This document shows positions 1 to 9,802 of a stretch of 25,349 bases of DNA, one piece after another. The notes beneath the pieces are model-generated. The model searched no databases. It worked only from the letters and a program-made list of their open reading frames with translations, and had not been told where the DNA came from. How positions within the stretch are numbered: position 1 is the first letter of the stretch; the number at the start of each line of letters is the position of its first letter. The stretch is taken from the NCBI GenBank assembly GCA_031416315.1, contig JANOTL010000135.1, forward strand, positions 1-25,349, read 5' to 3'. This stretch comes from Pseudomonadota bacterium. Lineage in GTDB: Bacteria; Bdellovibrionota_B; Oligoflexia; Oligoflexales; CAIYRB01. Position numbers and translations under genes: made by a program.

Positions 1-1828
<1,828 letters not shown>

Positions 1829-1849
1829 TCAGGTGAAAGCAATCGCTGC

Positions 1850-3499
1850 CTAAGGACGCGTCGCGAGCCGCTGGCGGTTCACGTCGGTGACGGGCGAGCT
1901 GAGCGACTCCAGGAAGCGCAAGAGAACTGCCTTTTCCTCGGACGTTAGGTCGAGCGCCACCATCGAGTCCTCACGATGTCCGAGAGCGGCCCGCGACTCG
2001 AGCCCGTCGTAAAACTCGACCACCTCCGTCAACGTAGCGAAGCGCCCGTCGTGCATGTAAGGCGCCGTGTCGCCTACATTGCGCAAGCTCGGGGTCTTGA
2101 ACGCGCCGATCAGCTCGTCGTTCTGCGAGTCGAGGAATGGCAGCTCGAGGCAACTCTCGCGCGGCCCAGTGCCCGGAGCGATCTCTTGTGCCGGCGGCGG
2201 CCCGACGCCCGCGAAAGTCTCGCCTAGGCGTATGGGATCCGGCGGCGGAAGGAGGCCGAGGCAGTTGAACGGGTCGGCCTTCACGAAGAGGACGCCCGCG
2301 GACCGCCCGACGTCGAGCTCCATCCCGCGTTGCCCGAGCCCCGTGTTGTGGAACTGCTGGTCGCTGAAGGCGGGGCCGTCATGGCAAAGTGTGCAACGCG
2401 CCGGTCCCGCGAAAAGCTTGAAGCCCTCGAGCGCTGCCGCATCGAAAGCGAGGTCTAAGGCCTCGGTTTCCGGCTTCTCCGGCGGTAAGGCACCCAGGCG
2501 CGCCGCAAACCGGTCGAAGGGCGAGTCGACTGCGCCGAGGCCCTCCTCGAAGGCGGCGAGCGCGCGGCCGAAATTCGCGAACACTTGATTGACGGCCGCC
2601 CGCTGCGCCTCGGGCATCGCCAGCCAGGCCTCGCTCCATGCGGCCTCTGGTGGCGGTCCTCCGAGAGCGCGCCGATTGAGCTCGGTCGCCGGGGCGGTCC
2701 GCGCTTTCTGCGCCGCTTGGAGGATGTCCGTCAGTAGCTCGAAGTGGCCGAGCGTCGCGAGCGAGGTCGCCGCGACGTCGATCGACAGCTCGACCTTCGG
2801 CCGCGGCGGCAAGGCATGATCCGGCAACGTCGCGACGTCGAGGGCGGTGGGAAACGCGCCGAACGCGCGTTCGTAGGCGACGGGGTACTCCGCCTTCAGG
2901 CGCTTGACCACGCCGACCCGGGAGAAGCCGTGCTCGCGCGGATCCTCGAGCGGCCCGAGCGCTTGCGCGGCGAGTGAGTCGGCGCGCCCGTCCCAGAAAA
3001 ACCAGGTCTGAAGGTGCCCGTTCGCGACGCTGGGCGCGTTTTTCGTCGCCATGCGGACGCCGTGACTCACCGGAACCCCGTCGGTGAACTTCCGGTCGGC
3101 TTGGTGACAACTGCTACAGGCGACCTCGCCGTTTCGGGAAAGCGTGCGGTCGTCGAATAGCCTCCGACCGAACTCGACCTGCGCGCGCGCGGCGTTTCCT
3201 GCAGCTGGCGCGGGCGGCTTGGCGGCGAATCGAGCGACGACGGCACGCAAGTCGGAGCCAGTGAGCTGCATGTCGCGCAGCCGCGGTCCGGGCTTCGGCA
3301 GGAGCGCATAAGCGACGGCGGCGGCGATCAGAACGAAGGCAGCGAGCCCGAAGCGACGCAGGCGTTGCCGAGGCGTCAGCTCCCGACGCACGGAGTAGCG
3401 GCGCGGCGCAGGGCCTTGTCGCGATTGGCGCGTGAGAATGCGATCGAGCAGAGAGAGCCTCGGCGATGCGAGCGGTGCAGCGAATCGATTCCATAACAT
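1850..3499 (-). CDS. Di-heme cytochrome c peroxidase family protein (bCcP/MauG superfamily)
   Basis: Two CxxCH motifs (CSSCH, CTLCH), KNAPSV, FFWDGRADSLAAQALGP, FHNTG, GAFKTPSLRNV, TAPYMHDG; N-terminal hydrophobic anchor. Start placed at ATG 3499 to avoid overlap with the divergent gene; could be further downstream. Confidence 0.9.
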   Translation of the reverse strand: MLWNRFAAPLASPRLSLLDRILTRQSRQGPAPRRYSVRRELTPRQRLRRFGLAAFVLIAAAVAYALLPKPGPRLRDMQLTGSDLRAVVARFAAKPPAPAAGNAARAQVEFGRRLFDDRTLSRNGEVACSSCHQADRKFTDGVPVSHGVRMATKNAPSVANGHLQTWFFWDGRADSLAAQALGPLEDPREHGFSRVGVVKRLKAEYPVAYERAFGAFPTALDVATLPDHALPPRPKVELSIDVAATSLATLGHFELLTDILQAAQKARTAPATELNRRALGGPPPEAAWSEAWLAMPEAQRAAVNQVFANFGRALAAFEEGLGAVDSPFDRFAARLGALPPEKPETEALDLAFDAAALEGFKLFAGPARCTLCHDGPAFSDQQFHNTGLGQRGMELDVGRSAGVLFVKADPFNCLGLLPPPDPIRLGETFAGVGPPPAQEIAPGTGPRESCLELPFLDSQNDELIGAFKTPSLRNVGDTAPYMHDGRFATLTEVVEFYDGLESRAALGHREDSMVALDLTSEEKAVLLRFLESLSSPVTDVNRQRLATRP

Positions 3500-3565
3500 G
3501 GAAGCGGAAGCTTCGCGAAACCGAGGCTCGACTCGTTCGTAAAGCTGCGATAGGATGCTGACGCA

Positions 3566-3892
3566 ATGGCACAAGCAACCGAAATCATTGACGCTCCACG
3601 GGGCGGCCTGGCCGTCCTCGAGCTCGCGCCGGTCTTATGTCTCGGCTCCGCCCTGCTCACGACGATCGAGTGGTCCGCCTATGCGTATCGCGCGCCCCTC
3701 GGCATCGCGGCCTCGGCCTTGGTCCCGGCGCTCCTGCTGGTCTCGTTCCTGAAGTTCACCGCCATCGTCGGCGGCCTTTCGTGGAACGCCCGTCAAGGAC
3801 AGCAGATCGGCCTGATCGAAGCCAGCTTCCTTGCGGCGTCCGTCATGGGCGGTGGGTTGCTGTTGAGCTTGTTCGCCCTGAACGGCCTCTGA
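3566..3892 (+). CDS. Small 3-TM membrane protein, weak resemblance to prokaryotic cytochrome c oxidase subunit IV
   Basis: Fills the gap between two minus-strand genes; three hydrophobic segments; LLTTIEW and LVPALLLVSFLKFTAIVG pattern. Confidence 0.6.
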   Translation: MAQATEIIDAPRGGLAVLELAPVLCLGSALLTTIEWSAYAYRAPLGIAASALVPALLLVSFLKFTAIVGGLSWNARQGQQIGLIEASFLAASVMGGGLLLSLFALNGL

Positions 3893-3907
3893 ACGCGCGA
3901 CCGCTGG

Positions 3908-4570
3908 TCAACGCTTCCGGCAGAGATAGATCCCGTCGGAGATGTGCAACATCCCGCCCTCGATCCGCCGGTCTCCACGAATTTTCTCGTTGAGCGCGCG
4001 GATCGCGTGCGTCTCCGGCCGCGCATCGTCGTTGCGAGCCACCGCGCCGCCCCACAGCACGTTGTCGATCAGGAGCGCGCCACCCGGTCGCAGCATCTCG
4101 AGCGCCTGCTCGTAGTAGGCGTCGTAGTTCTGCTTGTCCGCGTCGATGAACACCAGGTCGACGCTGCCGGTGCCAAAGTCTTTGTCCGTCTTCAGCTTCG
4201 CGAACGTCTCCAATGCGGGCGCGACGCGGAAATCGACCTTCTGAGAGACGCCGCAAAGCTCGGCATAGCGGCGTGCGACCGCGGTCGTCTCCGGGTTCAC
4301 GTCCATGGTCACGAGACGGCCGTCGGACGGCAGCGCGAGCGCCACGGAGATGGCGCTGAAGCCGGTGAAGCAGCCGACCTCGAGGCACTTCTTCGCGCCG
4401 ATCAGCTTCGCGAAAAGGTACATGAAGGTCCCCTGGTCGCGGCTTACTTGCATCATCGACGCCGGCATCTGCCGCGTCTCGTCGATCAAGCGTTCGAGCT
4501 GCGGATGCGGGAGCGGCGTATGGCGAACGACGTAGTCGTAGAGCGCATCGGTCATCTGGATGGTCTTCAT
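3908..4570 (-). CDS. Class I SAM-dependent O-methyltransferase (caffeoyl-CoA OMT-like)
   Basis: LEVGCFTGFSA, DLVFIDADKQNY, LIDNVLWGG motifs; AAGGAGG RBS. Confidence 0.93.
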   Translation of the reverse strand: MKTIQMTDALYDYVVRHTPLPHPQLERLIDETRQMPASMMQVSRDQGTFMYLFAKLIGAKKCLEVGCFTGFSAISVALALPSDGRLVTMDVNPETTAVARRYAELCGVSQKVDFRVAPALETFAKLKTDKDFGTGSVDLVFIDADKQNYDAYYEQALEMLRPGGALLIDNVLWGGAVARNDDARPETHAIRALNEKIRGDRRIEGGMLHISDGIYLCRKR

Positions 4571-4604
4571 CGGGGCCTCCTTGAACGGCCCGATGATATA
4601 CGCC

Positions 4605-5450
4605 TCACCCCAACTTCACCAGAACGAGCCCGACGGCGATCGCTGCGATGCCTATGCCCTTGCGCCAAGGCATCGCCTCTTTGAAGAGCCAGACCCCGAG
4701 GCCGGCGCCGAGCACGACCGACAGCTCGCGGAACGCGACGATCGAGCTCATCGCGCCGACGCGAAAGGCGAAGAGAATCAGGACATAGCTCGCCATCGAG
4801 CCGAGCCCGACCAAGAACGCGGTGCCGCGGTGACGCTGCCATGCCTCGACCACCGTCGCCCGCATCGCCCCGCGTAGCATGAAAGGGCTAGAAACCAAGG
4901 TCGAAAGCCAGAACATCAGCACGAGGTAGGTGAGGGGATGCATGTACGTCACCGCGTAGCGGTCGACGACTCCAGAAGACGCCAGGATCACGCCGATCGC
5001 CGCCGCGGCCCAGAAGCCGGATTTTCCACCTTGCGGCGGCTTGCTCGTCCCGATCAAGATGCCGCCGCTGCTGATCGCCGCGATGCCCGAGGCCGTGCGC
5101 AAGCTCACCGACTCGCCGACGAGGAGGACCGCCAGGAGCGCGGTCAGCGCCACTCCCAAGCCGCGCGCCACGGGGTAAACGACCGAGATGTCGTACTTCC
5201 GGTACGCGCTCGAGAGCATGCCGAAGTAGACCGCTTGCACGACGCCCGTCCCGGCGAGCATCACGAAGGCGATCGGATCTGGCGGCGCCGCCCACCAAAA
5301 CCACAAGGCCGCCGGCAGCCCCACGACGGCCGCGATCACCTGGCCGACCCAGATGACGCCGCGATGCCCTGCCACGCGCTTCATCGCCGCGTTCCAAGCC
5401 GCATGCAGCAGCGAGGAGAGCGCAACGGCGAGTACCACGTCCAACGTCAT
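4605..5450 (-). CDS. EamA/DMT family transporter
   Basis: About 10 hydrophobic helices, LLHAAWNAAMK, AYRKYDISVVYPVARG, FRELSV motifs. Confidence 0.92.
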   Translation of the reverse strand: MTLDVVLAVALSSLLHAAWNAAMKRVAGHRGVIWVGQVIAAVVGLPAALWFWWAAPPDPIAFVMLAGTGVVQAVYFGMLSSAYRKYDISVVYPVARGLGVALTALLAVLLVGESVSLRTASGIAAISSGGILIGTSKPPQGGKSGFWAAAAIGVILASSGVVDRYAVTYMHPLTYLVLMFWLSTLVSSPFMLRGAMRATVVEAWQRHRGTAFLVGLGSMASYVLILFAFRVGAMSSIVAFRELSVVLGAGLGVWLFKEAMPWRKGIGIAAIAVGLVLVKLG

Positions 5451-5469
5451 CAGGACCCCGCAACGCCCG

Positions 5470-6594
5470 CTACGATCCGAGAAGCAAGCCCCGGTTCCCC
5501 GTCTTCTCCGTCACGCCTTTGGAAAGATTGATTTTTTCGCCGGCCTCGACGCCTGCGTGATAGGAGGTCCCATCGCGCAGGGCTCCGCCCCGACCGCGGC
5601 GCACGAGCCGCGGATAACGCTCGGCGACGAAGGTCTCCAGCTCTTTCCCCGCGAGAGCCAAGAGCGCCCGCGTCTGGGTCGCCGGGCGCGCCGGCCCGGC
5701 CTCGGCGGCGGCCTTCGGCGCCGTGCGCCTGAGCTTCTCGCGAAACCCGGCCAAGACTCCGAGCACGTAAGAGCGTTTCGAGCCGACGCTCTTGCCCGTC
5801 CGGCGTCGGTATTCTTCCCAGAGCGCATGCGCCTGGCGATAAAGGAAGTGGTGCACGTACTCGGCCATGAGCACGTTCTCCTCCGCGCCCATCACCTCGA
5901 CCACCTTGCTGCGTTCGCAGGTCGAGGGGTCGTAGGTATCGGTGAAGATCGCCTTCACGAAGAAGTGCTCGACCAGAATCGAGGCGATCATCGTCTCCGC
6001 TGCGTCGAGCTTCTTTTTCCCGCGCCCGATCAGGAGGTGCACCATTTTCGCGCCACGGCGCGCGGCGAGTCGATCGAGGTTGTGGCGCTCGTAGAGCTCG
6101 CGGACGCGCTGCATCGCGAGCAGCGCCTCGTTCTCGTTCGCCGAGGTCGCCAGCGCCAAGAGCTTTTCTGCGCGTCGCAGCAGGCGCTCGTCCTCCGGGG
6201 AGAGCGCCCGATCTTTCCAAGTGTGAATTTCTTCGGGCAAATCGCCGGTGGCGCGGGCTGCCCAGGGCGCCACGCCGAAGGTCGAGCAGGCACGCTGGAA
6301 CGCCGCCCCGTGCGTATGGTCGCCGCCCATCCGCTCGCTCACGAGCTGATGCGCCATCTCGTGCTTCAGCACCTCGATGACGACGTCCCAAGCGTAGCGC
6401 TCGATCAGGAGCGAGCTGATCGTGATCGTCCGCGTCAGCGGATGCCACTTGCCCCACACCGAGCCGAGCTCGGCGATCAGGATCAGCGGCGGCGCCAGGC
6501 GCACCCGATAAGAGAAGAGGATCTGATCGTATTCACGATAGAGCTCCTGCGTCCAGGCGCGCTGCAGCCGCTGCTTTTCGAGATCGATCGTCAC
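5470..6594 (-). CDS. SprT-like zinc metalloprotease domain fused to DUF2786 domain
   Basis: VLKHEMAHQ with downstream HGAAF; KLLALATSANENEALLAM (DUF2786 pattern); GTG start 9 nt after the upstream stop. Confidence 0.88.
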   Translation of the reverse strand: MTIDLEKQRLQRAWTQELYREYDQILFSYRVRLAPPLILIAELGSVWGKWHPLTRTITISSLLIERYAWDVVIEVLKHEMAHQLVSERMGGDHTHGAAFQRACSTFGVAPWAARATGDLPEEIHTWKDRALSPEDERLLRRAEKLLALATSANENEALLAMQRVRELYERHNLDRLAARRGAKMVHLLIGRGKKKLDAAETMIASILVEHFFVKAIFTDTYDPSTCERSKVVEVMGAEENVLMAEYVHHFLYRQAHALWEEYRRRTGKSVGSKRSYVLGVLAGFREKLRRTAPKAAAEAGPARPATQTRALLALAGKELETFVAERYPRLVRRGRGGALRDGTSYHAGVEAGEKINLSKGVTEKTGNRGLLLGS

Positions 6595-6603
6595 GTCTGG
6601 AAC

Positions 6604-7548
6604 TCACTCGCGTTTTTCGCCCTGCTGGGCAAAGCGCGGGTTGAAGCCCCGCAGCTCGACCATCGGATCCAGCGCGACCGGCGGGGTCGGCAGATCCCCG
6701 CGATCGTGCTCCAGCACGGCCGAGAAGAAGGAAACCATACCGTCGACGGCATTGCCAACGACATCGGCGAGCTCGCCTGCGGACGGCGTCGCCGCCTCGG
6801 AGACCTCGATCGTCACGGCCCAGGTTCCGTGCCGCATGTAGGCGTAATCGATGAACTCGCCGTTGCTCGGGTAGTCGAAGTAGGACTGCGTGAAATAGTC
6901 GAACCCCATCGCCTGGGCCGACCTTTCCGACAGGGCGTGAAAGACGTCTCGGTCCCGGGCCGTGCCGCCGGTGTAGCACCAGGGCCAAAGGACGCCGACC
7001 ATGCCGGAGTGCAGGGCGATCGCCGCCTTGAAGCGAAATTCGTCGAGCAAGGTCTTCTCGAGCGCGATCACCGGGCTGCGGAAGGACGCGGCGTCGTCGC
7101 GCTGCGGGTACGAGTAGTCGCGGTTCGGATCGCGGCCGCGCGGATCTTCGCGCGTATTCGCCGCGTGCCCGTCGGGATTCACGAGCGGTTGCACGACGAC
7201 GCGATAGTTTTCGAGCAAGGCCGTGACGTCCGCCTCGTCGCGTGCTTCGACCATGCGCTGGATGAAGCCGAGCGCGCTCTCCGTCGACGACCGCTCGTTG
7301 CCGTGGTGCGTGCCGTTGACCTGGATCGCCGGCGCCGTGCTGTGGGCCTTGCTGATCACGAGGTAGGCGATCTCGCGCCCTTCCTCGGAGGTCCCCAGGA
7401 CGAATTTCTGCACGAGCTCGGGATGCTCGGCGGCGACCTGCGCCATGTAGCCGTTGATCTCGTCCTGCGTATGATATCGGTCGAATTCGAGCCCGAAAGC
7501 CGCGCCGGTCGACGCGACCAGCCCGAGAAAAGCGAGTGCGAGCCGCAT
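6604..7548 (-). CDS. Secreted M14 zinc carboxypeptidase
   Basis: Signal peptide MRLALAFLGLVASTGAAFG, HGNE, PLVNPDG, DPNRDY, ALHS, TIEVS; G-rich RBS before ATG 7548. Confidence 0.92.
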   Translation of the reverse strand: MRLALAFLGLVASTGAAFGLEFDRYHTQDEINGYMAQVAAEHPELVQKFVLGTSEEGREIAYLVISKAHSTAPAIQVNGTHHGNERSSTESALGFIQRMVEARDEADVTALLENYRVVVQPLVNPDGHAANTREDPRGRDPNRDYSYPQRDDAASFRSPVIALEKTLLDEFRFKAAIALHSGMVGVLWPWCYTGGTARDRDVFHALSERSAQAMGFDYFTQSYFDYPSNGEFIDYAYMRHGTWAVTIEVSEAATPSAGELADVVGNAVDGMVSFFSAVLEHDRGDLPTPPVALDPMVELRGFNPRFAQQGEKRE

Positions 7549-7589
7549 GGTTCCCCCCAGAAAAGCGTTGGATTGGGGCGAGCATAGCA

Positions 7590-7618
7590 TTGACAACGAG
7601 CTCCCGGGCGAGTGGAAT
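7590..7618 (+). promoter_or_regulatory. Putative sigma-70 promoter, possibly giving a leaderless transcript
   Basis: TTGACA (7590-7595), 17 nt, TGGAAT (7613-7618); ATG 7626 follows 7 nt later. Confidence 0.4.
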
Positions 7619-7625
7619 GACCGCC

Positions 7626-8492
7626 ATGAGAGACAATGGCTCGCCTCGCGCCCGCTTTCCGCTGAGCTCGGACCAGCTCGAGCTGCTGCTCGCCTTCGAG
7701 GCCGCGCGCAGCCCGGCGCATCTCGTCGAGATCGTGCGCCGGGACGGCTCCGTCGTCTCGCGCAACCTGCAGCGCCTGGCCGAGGATCATCCGGTTCTGA
7801 CGAAGGAGGGCGGTCGCTGGCGCCTCACCGACACGGGACGCGCGGTGAACGTGCTCACGCGCCGATACCTAGCCGAGCTGACGACGACACTGCCGTCGGC
7901 AGAGACGATCGCACGTGACGAGCCGACGCCCTATCTTCTGCCGCGCGCCGTCCTCATCGTCATCAACGCGCAGAAGGCCATGCAGGACGCGGGCCGAGGC
8001 AACCGCAGCAATCCCGAGTGCGAGTCCAACGTCAGCCGGCTTCTCGCATGCTGGCGCAAGGCGCGAAAACCGCTCGTGCACGTGCGCCATGAGTCGCAAA
8101 ATCCCGGATCGGCCTTGCATCCGAGCGTCGAATCGTCCGCGTTCATCCCGCTTCTGGCGCCGGAGCCGGGCGAGACGGTCGTCGCCAAGTCGACCGCCAG
8201 CGCTTTCGGCGGCACGACCCTCGCGGCCGACCTCGCGGCGGCCAACGTCGACGCGCTGATCTTGACGGGCTTCACCGCCAGCGAGTGTATCGACGCCACG
8301 GCGAAGGCCGCCGCCGATCTCGGTTTCCGTGTCTACGTCGTCGGCGATGCGACCGCGACCTTCGATCTCACTGGTCCCGGCGGCCAGATCTACAAAGCGA
8401 GCCGCGTGCAGGAGATGACGCTGGCGGGCTTGCACGCGACCTTCGCCGGGATCCTGGAGACCGAGGCGCTCCTTGCCGCTTTGGGTCCCTGA
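7626..8492 (+). CDS. LysR-type winged HTH fused to isochorismatase-like cysteine hydrolase domain
   Basis: N-term QLELLLAFEAARS...SVVSRNLQRL...WRLTDTG; C-term LIVINAQ, VHVRH, VAKSTASAF, GFTASECIDATA, VVGDATATF. Alternative start 7617. Confidence 0.88.
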   Translation: MRDNGSPRARFPLSSDQLELLLAFEAARSPAHLVEIVRRDGSVVSRNLQRLAEDHPVLTKEGGRWRLTDTGRAVNVLTRRYLAELTTTLPSAETIARDEPTPYLLPRAVLIVINAQKAMQDAGRGNRSNPECESNVSRLLACWRKARKPLVHVRHESQNPGSALHPSVESSAFIPLLAPEPGETVVAKSTASAFGGTTLAADLAAANVDALILTGFTASECIDATAKAAADLGFRVYVVGDATATFDLTGPGGQIYKASRVQEMTLAGLHATFAGILETEALLAALGP

Positions 8493-8607
8493 AAGACCTG
8501 CGCCAGCTGCAGCTCCGAACCTGCGCCCTTCGCAGCTTACTTCCGCGTCCGTCCCCCCTACATTCCGCCATGGGACGAACGACATGGGAGATCGAGATGC
8601 CGCGAGC

Positions 8608-8700
8608 TTTGGGGTGAGGTCGGCGTGTCCGGGGGGACACAGGTGCCTTTGACCGTGGCGCCGACGCTACGGTGGATGCCCGCGCCGCCTTCGCCTCAAA
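8608..8700 (+). ncRNA. Candidate structured RNA of unknown family
   Basis: 8608-8627 pairs with 8681-8700 (20 positions, 4 G-U, 1 mismatch); internal hairpin 8652-8673. Confidence 0.35.
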
Positions 8701-8736
8701 CCCTTTCCCGCCGCTCGGTTAGGACGAGAAGCGGGC

Positions 8737-8752
8737 TGGAACGCCGCGTGCA
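8737..8752 (+). promoter_or_regulatory. Putative sigma-54 promoter
   Basis: TGGAAC-N5-GTGCA keeps GG-N10-GC spacing and ends 12 nt before ATG 8765. Confidence 0.45.
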
Positions 8753-8764
8753 ACGTCGAAAACC

Positions 8765-9061
8765 ATGAACGACACCAAACTCATTGCCGTCATCACCTCC
8801 CTCAACGCCGCGGCGCACGTCGCGCAAGCGCTCTCCGTCGAGGCGCATCTGCACTCCGGCCTTCCGCAGCTCGTGAGCGGCTTACGCGACGGCCGCCCGG
8901 ATGTCGTCATGTTCGCCAACGCCGCCGGCGGCGGTCTCGGCGACTGGGCGCGCGAGCGCCGTGCTACGAGCGCCGGCGTGCGCTTCATCGTCCTGGCCTG
9001 CGCCGGCATCGACTCCGAGTCCGCGCTCGATCTCGCGGGATTCTTTCCGGTCGGCGCCTGA
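8765..9061 (+). CDS. Hypothetical protein, possibly a degenerate receiver-like alpha/beta domain
   Basis: 98-aa ORF in otherwise empty space, GC3-rich codons, LRDGRPDVVMF segment. Confidence 0.6.
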   Translation: MNDTKLIAVITSLNAAAHVAQALSVEAHLHSGLPQLVSGLRDGRPDVVMFANAAGGGLGDWARERRATSAGVRFIVLACAGIDSESALDLAGFFPVGA

Positions 9062-9112
9062 ATTCAGCGTTTGGCTTTTGGGCGAGTGAGCGTCTGAAAG
9101 CTCTCGGCACGA

Positions 9113-9802
9113 TCACGCCTTCTTCCTGACGATGAAGAGGTAGTTGAAGCCACGCAGGTAAGAGTTTGCCTGCTGCGTCATCTTCTGCAAGTGCGAGTTG
9201 CGCATCGATTTGTGCCGGCGCGTGACCGCGATGATGTCGACCGGCTCGAACTTCTGGCGCATCTGCTGGAAGAGGTCGAAGCCGATCGGGTGGAAGGCCT
9301 CGTCCTTCCGCCAGGAGTCCTGCACGTAGAGGCCGAAGTAGCTGCCAGGCTTCGCGACGCGGTGGATCTCCTCGATCACGCGGCCCATCGCGCGCAAATA
9401 CTCGGGCTCGGCCGCGTCCAGCTCGCCGATGCACTCGGGAAGGCCCGAATACTTCAGGTGCGTCGAATACGGCGGATCGACGAAGACGAAATCGACGGTC
9501 TCCTTGCGCAGGGGCAAATGCCGCGCGTCGGCGGGCTTGATGTCCTTGCGGTACGGCGCGAGGTCGAAGCCCAGGCCCTTGCGGCCGAGATCCGCGCAGA
9601 CGTCGAGCGTCGTGCCGCTGCCGCACATGGGATCTAGAACGGTGTCGCCCGGCTTCGTGTAGCGCTGCAGAAGATTCCAGATGACGTAGGACGGCGTCGC
9701 GCCCTTGTAGGCCTTATCGCCCTGCATGCCCTCGCCATAATGTTGCGAAGGGTAGTCCCAGAGCGTCGTCGTCTGCAGCTCGAGCTTAGGTTTTTTGTAC
9801 AT
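9113..9802 (-). CDS. SAM-dependent nucleic-acid amino-methyltransferase (N6/N4 DNA methylase or Trm11-like)
   Basis: VLDPMCGSGTT (motif I) followed by VFVDPPY (motif IV); no adjacent nuclease. Confidence 0.85.
   Translation of the reverse strand: MYKKPKLELQTTTLWDYPSQHYGEGMQGDKAYKGATPSYVIWNLLQRYTKPGDTVLDPMCGSGTTLDVCADLGRKGLGFDLAPYRKDIKPADARHLPLRKETVDFVFVDPPYSTHLKYSGLPECIGELDAAEPEYLRAMGRVIEEIHRVAKPGSYFGLYVQDSWRKDEAFHPIGFDLFQQMRQKFEPVDIIAVTRRHKSMRNSHLQKMTQQANSYLRGFNYLFIVRKKA

Noticed and set aside
5353..7587. 744-aa plus-strand ORF
   Set aside because: Antisense to two well-supported genes, no motifs; expected artefact of GC-rich codon bias.
9113..9802. Restriction-modification system
   Set aside because: No endonuclease or specificity subunit nearby.
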